The notes: generated from the letters alone by a model not told the origin. Positions 11,796 to 29,143 are shown, numbered from the whole stretch's first letter. The stretch is 63,658 bases of DNA, filler included, from Collodictyon triciliatum (GCA_043381765.1; 11 parts of 11 records of this genome joined end to end with filler, not necessarily neighbours in it); one strand, 5' to 3'. Numbers and translations: made by a program.

Positions 11796-14700
11796 CTGAG
11801 ACTGAGACTGAGACTGAGACTGAGACTGAGACTGAGACTGAGACTGAGACTGAGACTGAGACTGAGACTGAGACTGAGACTGGGACTGAGACTGGGATTG
11901 AGACTGAGACTGGGATTGGGATTGGGATAGGGATTGGGATTGGGATTGAGATTGGGATTGGGATTGGGATTGAGGTGACACTGCGATTGCAACTGGAGGT
12001 ATGAATAGATATCCCGTAGTTGTATTTATACATCTTGAACAGCAGCCTTGTGCAATAAAAACTATACTATATAAAATTTCGAACCCTTTAATAGCTGCTC
12101 CATCTTTTACTGAAATATTGACGATGAATTCCGTCATTTTATCTGGTTGAATATACCCTATCCATGAATGAGAAGAGCATTCATCGATAAGAAGGCAATA
12201 TAATAAAAATGTAAAGTTTCCTCCAACACTTCCCTTGTTATGAATAGCCACTTTTATTGTTGTGATGTTTGTTATGTAATAATTGGGGCCTGTTGGTGGG
12301 GCGATTGAATATTGTGTGTCAAAAATTTTGGGCTCTATAATCTCAATTTTATACGATAAAATATCGTTGTGATTTAAAGAGGGTCCGTCGTATTTTATCA
12401 AACAACCATCGGTAAGATTTACAATTTTGTAGAGAAGGTTTGATTTATTAACCAGAGTTTCACTTACAATATCAATATTCTTGATTTCATAATATACGGT
12501 AATATTTGCAAAATCTATTCCTGAAAAAGAATTCAAGAATTCGTAATTAAATTCTGATACAGAATTACCCGGTATATCTCTGTCATCAAATGCGTAGCAT
12601 ATTGAATCCTCTCGCAACAAACAAATGCAAACACCTTCATTTTCATTTAAAATCCATTTAGGTCGATTTAAGATTTTTAATTGATTAGGAATAGACTAAT
12701 AAGAATACATTACTGTTTTGTTATGTTATGCTATTTATTTAAATCTAATAAAGTGAATAACATATCGCGTTACATTATTTATTAAAACTGACCTACTAGT
12801 GCGGATGATAAACCATTGTTTTTCAATTTGAAAAGGAACCTTATTGTTTCAAATTCAGCAGAAAAAAGAAATGACCATGTTTCAGGTGAATCGATGGTAA
12901 CATTTTTTATATCAATTTGCTGAATGGGCAATTCATATTGAACATCAAATTCATATGTATCTGGCAAGTAATCTTGGTATAAAAATTGAATGTGGTCTTT
13001 TTCTTCTCCACCTCCATCAAATAAAGTTAATTCCTAAAACATACGGTGACTCAGAAATCGATATGTACATCTATGACTTAAAAGTGTACAAACCGGGTAT
13101 ATCGTAGACATTGTATCAAAAAATCCTGAAAAATTAACTATTGATGCATTTTCTTTTCTATTAATCCAGTAAATCAGCCCCTTGTCGATACAGGAGCCTG
13201 GAATAGAAAGATTGCTCAGAACTTTAGGACGTTTCTAATAAAAAAATATAAATTTACCATATATTTGATCACAAAAATTGTCTTGATTCGTAAAGCTGTC
13301 GATCCCTGTACCAAGTTTCGAGCATCCATCTCCAACATTTTTCTTTGGAACAAGTAACCAGTATTCTGGAAGATTTTTTCCAGATGCATTAAGGGCAGGA
13401 ATTACGATGTAGAAATCCCGTATTATGTTTCCTATAGGAATGCTGTATTTTAAAACAATATGAAGATTTTATACTCATAAAAATCTATCATACTCTGTGT
13501 TGACCCAACTTTCTGGACTTTGAAATAATTTCTGTCCAGTGCATTCATTGCAACTGAGTGACTATATATTTGGATTGGCAATTTGTTGGCCTCAATCTTG
13601 ATTTCAAAATCACGATTCGATTCTTGATGAAGAATGTGCATATCATGTATTTGATATATTCTATTTATTCGATCGTCTACATGCCTGATATACATATCGA
13701 TAGCATATATTTCTTTTAGATTTTCGAAATATCTAATAACATGTGAAGCAGAGTTATTAGTCACATTAATTATTCTTATATATTTATCTTATACCAAGCA
13801 TGAATCACGGTACTGCAGTCCTGACAAAACGAGTTTCTTCTTGAACCTTTGGGACATGCTCTCCCAAATGCGCTGGGTATGTCGATTTTTGACCATTGAT
13901 GGCCGATACCATCGACATGGGAGAAGAAAAACAAAGTAGAGTCTATATTAGCGAACAGTATGATACAATTAGAGACAATTGATTGTATTTCGATGTGAAA
14001 TTTTAAAATTGTTAAAAAAATTCAAATAATCTAACTTGATTCGCCTTGTATCAAAAAAGAAGTGAAGTCATATGAACCGATAAATCCACTTGATGTCTCT
14101 ATATCAAGCACATCAACTCTATTCTCTCCCTAAATGGTTTATATAGTTGATTTTAGATGCAAATTACGAGTGTGAAAATTCTAATTTATTCTTTTTAATA
14201 TACAAAAAAAAAAAAAAAAACCATCGGTATACCTTGTACGGAACAAATCCTCCGTCGCCGTTATCCACACAAAATAAATTTTGGTAGTTTATCAAGTATG
14301 ACGATTCCAAAAACATTTGTACAAATTCCCTATACAATTTTTTTTACAAGAGTAAATAAACTCCATTTGATTAAAATAATGTAATTTGAGCTTAATCTTG
14401 TGCAATTAATATACCTCTCTATGAAATTGTAAAACGGTTGCTGGAAAATAAACTGAGATATCGTTTCCCTGTTACTTTCAGATAATTCATAGGTAGGTTG
14501 CACAATAAACTTTGGCGTAAGCTCGATTTTTTCGATCCTTTTCAATTTTTTCCACGAAAGCTGATACAAATTAGTTACGAAAGTACAATTTTACACCATT
14601 ATCAATTTTTTTTTTTTTTTATTAAAACCTTGATAGGAGATACAAATCGACTTATACTATTTGAAGCGCTGATAGAGGAAATATGAACGGTTTTGTTCAT

Positions 14701-15996
14701 TTTATTTGACCGAACCTATATAATATACTTAGCTACAACTTGTTCATTAAAACAAAATTGAGATCAATTTGATTTGTTTTTTATTTTTACTTTTATAATT
14801 AGCGTGATCGTTCCATTTTCTTTATCAATTTTAGACAGTTTTGTTGTTATTTCATCAATGTGAGGGACTTGATTGACATTCTTTGATGCCCATAAAGAAA
14901 GGTCAACCATCCTCGAATCTTGGGGATAGCAAAGACTTTCAACTTGATTTCTCTGAGGAATTTCTCCAATAAAGCCATCAGTCCAATAGTAATTTTTTGT
15001 ATTATACTAGGATATAATTATTAGCATGCTTTAGTCCATTTTATTAATCCTTTAACAAATATTTACAAATGCCGTGATATTTTGAAAAGAAAACATAGCA
15101 AAATATTCATATACATCCATGAGCTCAATCCTATAACTATTTGGATCCCCGACAGTACCGGTAGGATAAGCAAATCTCTTTGACATAATTAGATTAAATA
15201 AGCTCGATTTCGGTAAGTCAACGAATGAAACTTTCACATGAGTGTCATTATTGGATAAAGCGGTAATCGGCTTGAAGCGTGCTCCATTATTAACTTGTTC
15301 AAGATACTATGAAGTATATTCGAATTTGGAGGTTATACCAGAACCCTTCTGCGACAGCAAATCAAGAAGCTATCACTTTAATTTTATTCTCAGAGTTTTG
15401 AATTTTAATTCTTACCACAGCAGCATAATTATTTTCCCATGATACATTTAAGTCATCCAGTAAATTGGCAGATCTTGAAAAAAAAATCATCGAGTTTGGG
15501 TCACTAACCAATCTTTCATTGGTAATTTTTCAGTTTAATTTAATACCCAGCAATTCTAACAATCATCATTATTTTTATCGTAATTGTTATTATTATCATT
15601 TTTATTCACGACAGACTTAGCTGTTGGCGCCCGTGCCAACAATTATTACTATTCTTTATTATTATTATTATTATCATCATCATCATTTTTTATTGTTGTC
15701 ATTGAATCTTAAAGTGGTGTAAGTGGAGCGTGATTTGATGATACAACAAAAATGTAATATATTTATACTCACAGAACATCCGAGCCAAAGTTGATGTCAA
15801 ACGATGCCCCTGATGCTTTAATCGATGCTTGATTATGAGGAACTATATCGACTCGACCGCATCCATACCCAACAGTACTGGCAGCTCCAACATCAGATAA
15901 AAGTTCACCGAGAGCCATGTGAGCGATGGATACGATACATATCCACGCTAGGGAAAATCCTTTGCGACTTTCCGCAGTTCGCTTATTGCAATTCAT
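11796..15996 (-). CDS. HAP2: HAP2/GCS1-like gamete fusogen (class II fusexin), divergent; 3' end missing
   Basis: Exons at ~13150-13430 read YWLLVPKKNVGDGCSKLGTGIDSFTNQDNFCDQIYG|SCIDKGL, matching the HAP2-GCS1 domain pattern WxL..DGxxCxKIGxxxxxFxxQxxxC..GSCL. Domain III-like IKVAIHNKGSVGGNFTFLLYC. Signal-peptide-like first exon (FSLAWICIVSIAHMALG-ELLS). Confidence 0.75.
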
Positions 15997-16561
15997 TCCC
16001 AAAGTCCTCAGGTATGTCTTCTTTTCTCCAAATTTTGAGTATTAAGGGCTGTTCTTCCCTCTATATTATAATATAAAGTCAAAATATTAGTTTTTTTTCT
16101 CCAGGTGCAAATATACCAGAGGTTACATTCAAGTTATTCATCTGCCAGTAATGATGCATAGAGGTGTTATCATTATTTCTAAAGAGGGGGCACTTGATAA
16201 TGTAGAACCTTGCAAAACACAATCAGCCATTTACAAAATATCACATATTTTTATGATACAGTTGAATTAATTCATGATAGCATTGATTGAAATGTTGCTA
16301 TCAGCATGTTTATATACACGCGTCACAACTAATGTAACCGAATACTTATATTAACCCACATGTAGAATAACAGCATACTTTTTTCGCTTCCTTCCTTTAA
16401 GCGACGCTTGTTCTCTCAAAACTTTCGGATATCTCTTACTCGTTTCACAAGTTATATCCGCTGACTAATTATGGAGTTTATCTTCTTTGACTAGCATTAG
16501 CAACAATTCATTTTGCATAAGAAATAAAAAAATGATGCACTTTTCCGCGGCGAGGGTCTTT

Positions 16562-17420
16562 TTATTGTTCGTCATTGACGAAGAGATCCTTTAGGTAGAA
16601 CGGACGCCTTACGGCATTGGTAAAACCTTCTTGGAAACGGTAGTAGATTGACGGCCTCCTAATATATATTTAAAAAAAACTTTGTCCTGGTAAAGTGTTC
16701 TCCACTTTCTTCTATGTATTCTATCTTTTATAAGTTTTAAGGATATAGTGAGACTAGAATATAATATGAACCCATAGTCCATATGATTGGTTGAAGTTCT
16801 GGCTTTGTCTGGAGACGGGGTTTTGTGTTCGACCATTCTGCCAAAAAAATCTCTGGAGATGGCCTGGGCAGGATATTTCATAAACGCATAATTTAAGAGA
16901 CATATCTAGTATATGCATAGTAACCAAGATAAACAAGCCCCAACGTTAATTTAGCTTCATGGTTATACCTTTTCCGGGGTAGATGCCCTGCCAGTAGATT
17001 TTAGAGAGGTAGCCGGAGAATGCTCGGCTTGTTTTCTTGTGCAAAGTTGATTCAAATCAGTCAAATAGTACTTTCAAAAAAAAACCGTTTCATGAAGTAT
17101 AATATTTTCGTACGAGGCCTTGTCTGGTAATCCGATAGTGATATTAGCATCAGGAAGCCTTTTATCGTTATATCCAAGGGCGTGCATACGCTCAATCTTT
17201 TATTAATTTTTCCCTCATTAATCCTCACCAGAAGCAATATACAATAAGATGATTTTATGGTGTCAATTTTTTTTCATTTTTTGAAATCAGTCGTGAACAA
17301 TTATGAAATTGAATTCAATACCCGGTGTTGAATCATATTCTTCTGGTTATTTGTCATTTGTTTGTGGTACTGGCCAAATTTTACTCCAGAGTATGTCGTC
17401 AAAAGATCAAGCTGTCTACA
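16562..17420 (-). CDS. CTF18: CTF18 (RFC-like clamp loader large subunit), 3' exons only
   Basis: Characteristic C-terminal motifs RDFFGR and IYYRFQEGFTNAVRRPFYLKDL; stop at 16562-16564. Confidence 0.88.
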
Positions 17421-17513
17421 ATATAAAATCCATTCAAGTTTTTCAAAAGAATCAAAGGACCGGGATGACCAGAGCAACGACAAAGAGAGAGAAAAGAAAA
17501 GAGAAAAGAGAAC

Positions 17514-17585
17514 AATGGATAGCGAACCAAAGCCAACATCTCAACCACCCTGCACAAAATTGAAAGGAAGAATAAAAAAAAAAAA
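17514..17585 (+). mobile_element. Short poly(A)-tailed retroposon copy B with 10-bp TSD
   Basis: ATGGATAGCGAACC..CCTGCACAAAATTGAAAGGAAGAATA(n), flanked by AAAAGAGAAC at 17504-17513 and 17582-17591. Confidence 0.8.
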
Positions 17586-17901
17586 GAGAACTTTCANNNN
17601 NNNNNNNNNNNNNNNNNNNNNNNNNNNNNNNNNNNNNNNNTTAATTAATTAANNNNNNNNNNNNNNNNNNNNNNNNNNNNNNNNNNNNNNNNNNNNAAAA
17701 AAAACATAACAAAAAAAAAAAACAAAAAAAACATAACAAAAAAACATAACAAAAAAAACATAACAAAAAAAACATAACAAGAAAACATAACCAAAAAAAC
17801 ATAACCAAAAAAACATAACCAAAAAAACATAACCAAAAAAACATAACCAAAAAAACATAACCAAAAAAACATAACCAAAAACAAAAACAAAAAGCAAAAT
17901 A

Positions 17902-20447
17902 TCATCTTATTTCGCATAATTGCCAAAGCTGTAAGTATCTTTAGAGAAAATAATCGACTGCACTCACCGTACGAAAGGCTTGAAATGCCGAAATGAAGTC
18001 CGTTTCCATGACTCTGGTGAATCTACTCTCAAGATGCTCCCTGTGAATCATTAAGAATTGGTATTGATGTCGGTGAAATATTCGTTATTCATTTAAAGTT
18101 AGAAAAATGTTGAAGCCAAAACAAGAGGCAAATAAAACGATGATAAAGTACAACACTGTTTCATGGACATAAAACTACTTCATTAAGTCAATTCTGGTAT
18201 TTCTTGCCAGGCGAGGATTCTGGATAGTCACATTCACCTCAGAAGATCTGTAATAGCTTAGATTGTCGGTGTTTGCACTTCCTGTTGAATCAATCTTTCA
18301 ATTAAAAAGAAAAAAAAAGACAGGTGTATCAGGAATCGAAAAGAGTCCTACTCAAACCATGAAATAAATGCATGGTAAGGTGAAAGGCAATCATTACCAA
18401 TTTCAATGTATTCATCATCAACTATGCATAATTTTGAGTGGACATACACAGGTTTTACTGTGGGAAAGTGTTGGAAATATCTTAGGCGACAAAAGAGCTT
18501 CGAGATAGATGTAATCAAATACAATATTATCTTTTTTTTTTTTTTTGAGAAACATAATCCTAACGTTTTTTTGAGACAGATTCTTGTCTTATAAGAAAAT
18601 ATATCCCCACGCGGTCGGGAGCTGTCTCGTAGATCAGGGATAAATCACTGTTAACTAGATTATGAGAATAAAACATAATATTTAAAAATAGAAATGAAAA
18701 ATCGTTTTGAGGAAATTCTTCGAATCTACAAAGACTGAATGGAAGCGCATATCTCTGTCACATTACTGTGGTCTTGAGACTGGTCAAATAGATCTCCAAC
18801 TATTCCGCTATAAGAAAACCCAAAATCAACATTTCATTAGCATAAAACAGTTCTTGAAAGAGACTAAACCTCTAATACTACATGTGTAACTACGCGACTC
18901 AATTTCATTTGGAATATCAAGACTGTACCATACTATGGAAAAGTTATAATTAAAGGATGTGAATTTACCTCGGTAAATCAGTTTTCAAGGGTGCTATGAC
19001 TATGACATGTAGTTGCGGATTCGATACCAAAGCTTCGCACATCGTTTGTGCCAGGGTGAAATTTTGAAAAGGATACTGGTGTTCAAAATACAAATACCTC
19101 CTACAAGTTGTGAATAGTGAATAGCGAATAATAGACAATCGATAAGTTAAAAAAAAATAAAATTTATATAAAAATAACTTGGCTTGTTGGATCATTCTGA
19201 CATGTGCATCCAAGAGCATGTGCCTATATGTTGTGATGATCATTCCCTTTCTTCTTCTTTTTTTTTTTTTTTAAAAAAAGCATCTCATGAATATATACTA
19301 TTGTAATGGTTATCTTTGTCATCATTTTACCCATCCATAATACCAGGCCAGCACCGATGAAATCGAACGTGGCTATTCGGTATCGAATATCCTGAATAAG
19401 GAAATACATATCCTAACGATTTTTTCTCACAAGGAGCCTATTCCCGTGAAGTATGTAATCAGTGGCAAATTCCTCTACTCTTTATCCTTGCTTTAGTTAT
19501 TTAAATTTTTTTTTTTTTTGGTTAGAAGTTGAATTAACCACACGTGAAAAAGTAACCTTATCAATTTTCATTCGGACAGTCTTTTTGCGCGTCTCCAAAA
19601 TGTTACTACTGAAAGCGTGCGACCATCTTTGTTCCACATGAAGCCTCACTTGCTGGCAGGTAGGCCCTTTTATCATGACCTAAAAAATCGAAATCAGATA
19701 TGTATAAGCTGATTCAAATATTCGATAAATAATAGTAAGAATTTATCATAATGCAATCCAGAGATAAATATTAAATACTTATTTTTAAAAGAAAAATAGG
19801 AATACCTGACTGTCGTGCCAAAGAAATCTTATTTGTTTCAGAAGTGGTTGTACGTTCCAATCGTTATTTGCGCTTCTCTTTTTCCTATGGCGGCGATTTT
19901 GAGAATAATCAAATAAAATAAGAGTACAGAAACAAAAAGAACAAAAGAATCTGAAATCTGTGCTATTTTTTTTGTTGATATTTTGTATAGACGCCAAAGG
20001 AAAAAGGTTAAATGCATATTGTACCCTGTTAGAGAAAACCCAGCATATATAGGAGGGGGAGGATTATGATCTGTGCTATCATAGCGACCTCGAGCTATAT
20101 CGAATCCCTTAATTGCATGGGTTTGTTAGGAAAAGAACATAATCGAAAATTGGAGTCGATGAAACCCCATGACATATATAATGATATGGAATATCACTTA
20201 CACCTAAGAAACATATCGAATGTTTTTGACACTCTCCATCAATCAATAATATTTTTTCATGGTGACAGGATATGATGCCACTTGGATTTCCCACTACAAT
20301 ATAACATAGTTGCGAATGATTGGTTCAAATAATCAAACACCACAACTTTCCCATAAATAATTAAAGTCCTAAACCTATGACTATTACAATCTGAGAGTCA
20401 TGCTCCTCATCTCCGATAGGGCATGCATACGGAGAACTTTGGTCAGG

Positions 20448-20523
<76 letters not shown>

Positions 20524-23357
20524 TAAATGAAACAGAGTCTGATTAGGCATGAAACATGCATGCTATGCCTTCTAATAGCTTCAAGCAAATGCGGAGTATA
20601 TGAAACGAGATGGACACATTTTTCTGAATTACTTGTACAATCATTTCTAAGATTTTAAAAAATTTGCATCTCATTGGTATAAATGTTCATACTGGTAAGC
20701 TTACAATAAACCCAACAGAGTGAAAGACACGAACTGTTAACCCTGCACTTCTACAGCGTATTTCGAATTTCTCCACTTCTCTTTCGATTGTAACTTCACC
20801 CAGGTATAAAAGACGATTCAAGTAAGAAAGCCATTCGTGCCTCCACACTAGGATTCTAATCCGACAGCCAGATAAAGCTTTATGTAGCAGAACATCCTGA
20901 GGAGAATATGATAAAATTTTGTGTTCAGAGCAAGAAACACGAATAAAAAAAACCAGAATAAAAAAAACCAGAATAAAAAAACCAGAATAAAAAAAACCAG
21001 AATAAAAAAAACCAGAATAAAAAAAACCAGAATAAAAAAAACCAGAATAAAAAAACCAGAATAAATATATGAACTTACTTGAAGGCTAACCCATTTTGGG
21101 TTGATTAGACTCAATTGGTTTCTATATACTTCCGGGACGTGATTGGTTGGTACAAGGCCAAAAGACAGTGATAATTCCCACCCAACGATAGATATAGAAT
21201 GTTGTGAGCCCATCATGGCCTTTTTATGCATGATTATAAAGGTCAAAGATGAGTGAGATGAAATACCGAAATATTGTCATATCTTCCTCTTGAATCAATT
21301 TCAATTACTTAAAGATGCTGAGATGTATGCACAAAATACCTCAAAATATCGCTTGAATGTAATTTCACCATCAATTAAAATTTCACACTCGTTTGAGTAG
21401 GTTATGGCATTAAGATTTTGCTGGTCAAGAACCTTATGAAAACATAGATATTATGGATGTAATTTTAAAATAGTCACTTTAAAATGAATTATTCAAACAT
21501 ACAGACCGAAATAGCTCGTCATACATAGCATTCCTCCTAGGACCACAAATTGTTATATTGCCCCCTTAAAAAGAAAATAAATCATATATACCATATATTC
21601 TCCTTGAATCATGAACGATTGTTGCACGCTTGACGATGCAGATATGACCTTATCCCATTGAGAAGGTGGAAGGAGGCTAGGGGTATTAACAGTACTCTCC
21701 AGATGATACTTTGGCTTTCGATTTCTCCTGTATATGCTGAAATGGATATCGTAGGAGGCACCAAGGTTGGTCGTCAAGATGGCTCTCTTTTCTGTGAACG
21801 TCTCAGATGACTGGAAAACCGACTCCAGTCCCCAAATCCCAGCAATTTTGGCTCCGTCTATGGAATTTTGGTTATTCCGATATTGATTATTTTATAGGAG
21901 ATCCTGAGTAAATTGTTTGAGGATATTACAATTTTGAAGAACAAACGAGCGTACTTTCTTTGGGTGAGTTACTCGTCATGATTTCGCTATCTGGAACGAA
22001 AACAATACTCCCGAGTTTATGCTCAGATATTTTGCTTTTGACATAAAACGTCACCACAAAATTCCCCACCGAGTTAAAAATGACTTTATTGATTTAAGGA
22101 AGACATCATAGAACTAGATATGCAAACAAATGACTGTTGTAAACGATTTTTTTTTTTTTTGAGTAGGATACGATGTTGTGTCGAACGCAGGGATGAGGAA
22201 TCATGATTTCTAGTTATTAGAGATAAAATTTTCGTTTTAAAAATATTTTAGCGAATCTCAACCGCTGATGATAAATGTTACAATCCTCAAATATTAATAA
22301 AAGAAACGAGCTGTGATTAATAACACACTTCATGTTTCCGAGATGATAGCGACTGGTCAATGAGGGTGTTATGGAATGTGGGCTGTGGTTAAATTCTACT
22401 TCTGCGTATACTCTGTCGAAACTAACACTGAATTGCCGAATACAGGATATACTGTTCAATGAGAATGTGAAGGATTCCAGGACAGGTTGAACTGAATAGG
22501 ATAGAATGTAACTCTCTGTTTGTCCGCGCGTATGAAAAGTTATATCCTTTTTTTTCACGAATGCAGTGATAATTAGTCATGAGATATTAGAATAAGGACA
22601 GAAAAAATCTTTGAATTGGTAGGTTGAGAATTATTGAAACCTTGAACTCATGAATAGAATGACCAGCATGATCGTTTTCCTGTGATTTGCTGGTTTTTTT
22701 AGAGTCTTTCAAAGTAAATGAAATAAGGAATGGAAAGAGAAAAAGGGATACAAATGTTTCACTAGGCAGTATTTAAGTTAAAAAAAAAATGCAAGATACA
22801 CAACGCACTCGTGAGATGGACTTTGGAATCAGAAAATCAACCAGGGTATGAATGCCTATTTGTTCGAACAATCTAATGGATTGAATTTATGCTCGTGTCA
22901 TTATGTGATATATGTGTTATATACACTCTATGTAATGAAAATGATATAGTAGGTAAAGTTTATGACTGTCGCAAAGAAGTTGGATTTATTTTTCGAAAAA
23001 AAGAATACATGTACGCATTATAAAGATACTATTACCAATAAAATCATATCAATAATAATGTTTAATTGCGAAATAAACCTAGGTCCATAATACAGTTTAA
23101 GGGTGACAGGTGAGGATATGATATGAACCAAGGAACGCAAGGGCTGCTTTGACTCTCGCGATGTGTTTCCAACAAGAAACTTGCTGCATTTTTGTTCACC
23201 GAATGTCAATATTTTGCATTATTAGTAAAACGAGCACCTTGAAACTTTCTTACCGTGGGGCTTGGCCTTCACTAGAGATGATAAGAAAAACGTTACGACC
23301 GGGCTCGCCCTCTTGTGATCCTTCCCGTACTAATCGATGCACCTGGAGGCGGTACAT
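17902..23357 (-). CDS. Phospholipase D (two HKD motifs), multi-exon
   Basis: SCHHEKILLID (~20240-20270), GFDIARGRYD, WHDSQ, YLYFEHQY, VYVHSKLCIVDDEYIEIG (~18400-18450) and EHL in a late exon. Ends are approximate. Confidence 0.9.
20449..20522. repeat. (TG)n microsatellite in a PLD intron
   Basis: Directly visible. Confidence 0.95.
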
Positions 23358-24518
23358 GCTGTATCCTTATGCAGGACCGTGGGGCGCTTTGAGTATCTTT
23401 CGGAGGACAAAGACAAAGACAAAGACAAAGACAAAGACAAAGACAAAGACAAAGACAAAGACAAAGACAAAGACAAAGACAAAAANNNNNNNNNNNNNNN
23501 NNNNNNNNNNNNNNNNNNNNNNNNNNNNNTTAATTAATTAANNNNNNNNNNNNNNNNNNNNNNNNNNNNNNNNNNNNNNNNNNNNTTTTATGTGTTTTAT
23601 GTTTTTTATGGTTTTTATGGTTTTTATGGTTTTTATGGTTTTTATGGTTTTTATGGTTTTTATGGTTTTTATGGTTTTATGGTTTTATGGTTTTATGGTT
23701 TTATGGTTTTATGGTTTTATGGTTTTATGGTTTTTTGTTTTGGTTTTGGTTTTGGTTTTGGTTTTGGTTTTGGTTTTGGTTTTGGTTTTGGTTTTGGTTT
23801 TGGTTTTTTCTTTATGGTTTTTTAAGAGTATCCGGCCAACCTGCATCGCTGGGTGTAGATGTTTTGAAGAAAGCCCAGAAATCAACCCAGACGAAAACCA
23901 AACGAAGGGAGCAGGAGCCACAGCATTTCAAAATATTGTGCGCTCAAAGCCACCCATTTACATGCTCAGGAGTACGTTTCCATAAATCACGCCGGGTGTA
24001 AGGGCCACACAACTCTTAGACCATCAACCAACACATTCGTGTACACCCCAATCAAAGAGAACTAGTTTGGGTGTATATTTGTTCATCCAATACAAAGATA
24101 AACAAAATCGAAATTGTAAAGCTTGATGTCGGGCCATATAATTTTAATTTCTAGTATAAAACTTGTTATAATTTCTGCACTGACAATTGTACACCGCATA
24201 TGCTGATTTAGAACAGAAATATATTATCCAGTTTTGTATTGTCGACATTCTCCACATCAAGCCGCCTGCTCGGTGGCATTTGCTGCGGTTGAATTTGATG
24301 AAGGCTGATTCTCTCGCTTGAGAACCATAAGACCCTTACGCTCCCTCCTGACCGCTCGACGGTATCGACACCACTGACATCCACGCAGAAAACTCTGTAT
24401 CTCCACACGGTAAGAGCGCGAATCCTTCCACAACCTTCACAGAATCTCTCCCGCCTTGCCACACGCGAGTGGCTTCGCAATCGAAACCAAATCCAACATC
24501 ACATTCACTGATCCAGAC

Positions 24519-25603
24519 ATGGCTCGCCAACTCGAATACCGCGGAACCCTCAAAGCCCACTCCGGATGGGTCACCTCGCTCGCCACCAGCGCCGAAGCCC
24601 CCAACCTCCTCCTCTCCGGCTCCCGCGGTTTGCACCCCACCCTTCGACACGCACAGACAGACAAAGAAAGAAATTAGTGGCCACTTGCCTTCCTGCAAAT
24701 CTCAACGCAGCACCTCCTCTCTGCCTCTCTACCTCTCTACCAAACACAGACAAGACCCTCATCGTCTGGGAACTGACCAACTCGCGCACGGAGGAGAGCT
24801 TCGGCTTCCCCAAGCGCTCGCTGCGCGGCCACAGCCACTTTGTGCAGGACGTCGTGATCTCGTCGGACGGACAGTTCGGCCTCTCCGGCTCGTGGGACGG
24901 CACGCTGCGCCTGTGGGACCTGCAGACGGGCAAGACCGTGCGCCAGTTCATAGAGCACTCCAAGGACGTGCTCTCTGTGGCGTTCTCTGCGGACAATCGC
25001 CAGATCGTCTCGGCCTCGCGCGACCGCACGGTGAAGCTGTGGAACACGCTGGGCGAGTGCAAGTACACCATCACCGACAAGGGCCACACCGACTGGGTCT
25101 CGTGCGTCCGCTTCTCGCCGGCCGTGGCCAACCCGTTCATCGTCTCGGCCGGGTGGGACAAGTCCGTCAAGGTCTGGAACCTCGCCGACTGCAAGCTGCG
25201 CAACGAGCTCGTCGGCCACACCGGCTACGTCAACACCGTCACCGTCTCGCCCGACGGCTCGCTCTGCGCGTCCGGCGGCAAAGAAGGCACCATCATGCTG
25301 TGGGACCTCAACGAGGGCAAGCACCTCTACTCCCTCGAGGCCAGCGACATCATCCACTCCCTCGCCTTCAGCCCCTCCCGCTACTGGCTCTGCGCCGCCA
25401 CCCAGGCCAACGTCCGCATCTGGGACCTCGAGGCCAAGGAGGTTGTTGAAATCCTCGACATCGAGTTCAACACCGTCAGCGACCGCTCAGCCAAGCGCGC
25501 CCAGAAGCCCTACCCCGTCTCCATCGCCTGGAGCCACGACGGAAACACCCTCTTTGTCGGATACACCGATGGCAACATCCGCGTCTGGTCCGTCAGCAAT
25601 TAA
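24519..25603 (+). CDS. RACK1: RACK1 / guanine nucleotide-binding protein beta-like (WD40 x7); intron 24628-24749
   Basis: [99 protein letters not shown] intron restores the frame. Strong GC3 bias. Confidence 0.98.
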
Positions 25604-25755
25604 GCTGCCTCTCTTGGATAAACCAGCCCGTTGCCTTCTGCTTCTGTTTCTGCTTCTCTTGAAAATCCCCAACCCAAGACACTTCCTGGTGGGTCTGTGG
25701 GATGAAGAATCTTTGTTTATTGTTCTGTGTACACGGCGCCATTCTTCGCTGCTGC

Positions 25756-29143
<3,388 letters not shown>

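Noticed and set aside
15290-15350. In-frame TAG in a HAP2 exon suggesting stop-codon reassignment
   Set aside because: The TAG fits a splice acceptor (TTCATAG), and intact genes such as RACK1 and the MFS transporter end in standard stops.
24628-24749. snoRNA in the RACK1 intron, as in yeast and vertebrate RACK1 genes
   Set aside because: No C box (RTGATGA) or D box (CTGA) and no clear H/ACA layout.
24469-25449. Long overlapping ORFs (326, 216 and 206 aa) on alternative frames of RACK1
   Set aside because: Expected shadow ORFs from extreme GC3 bias; no recognisable product.
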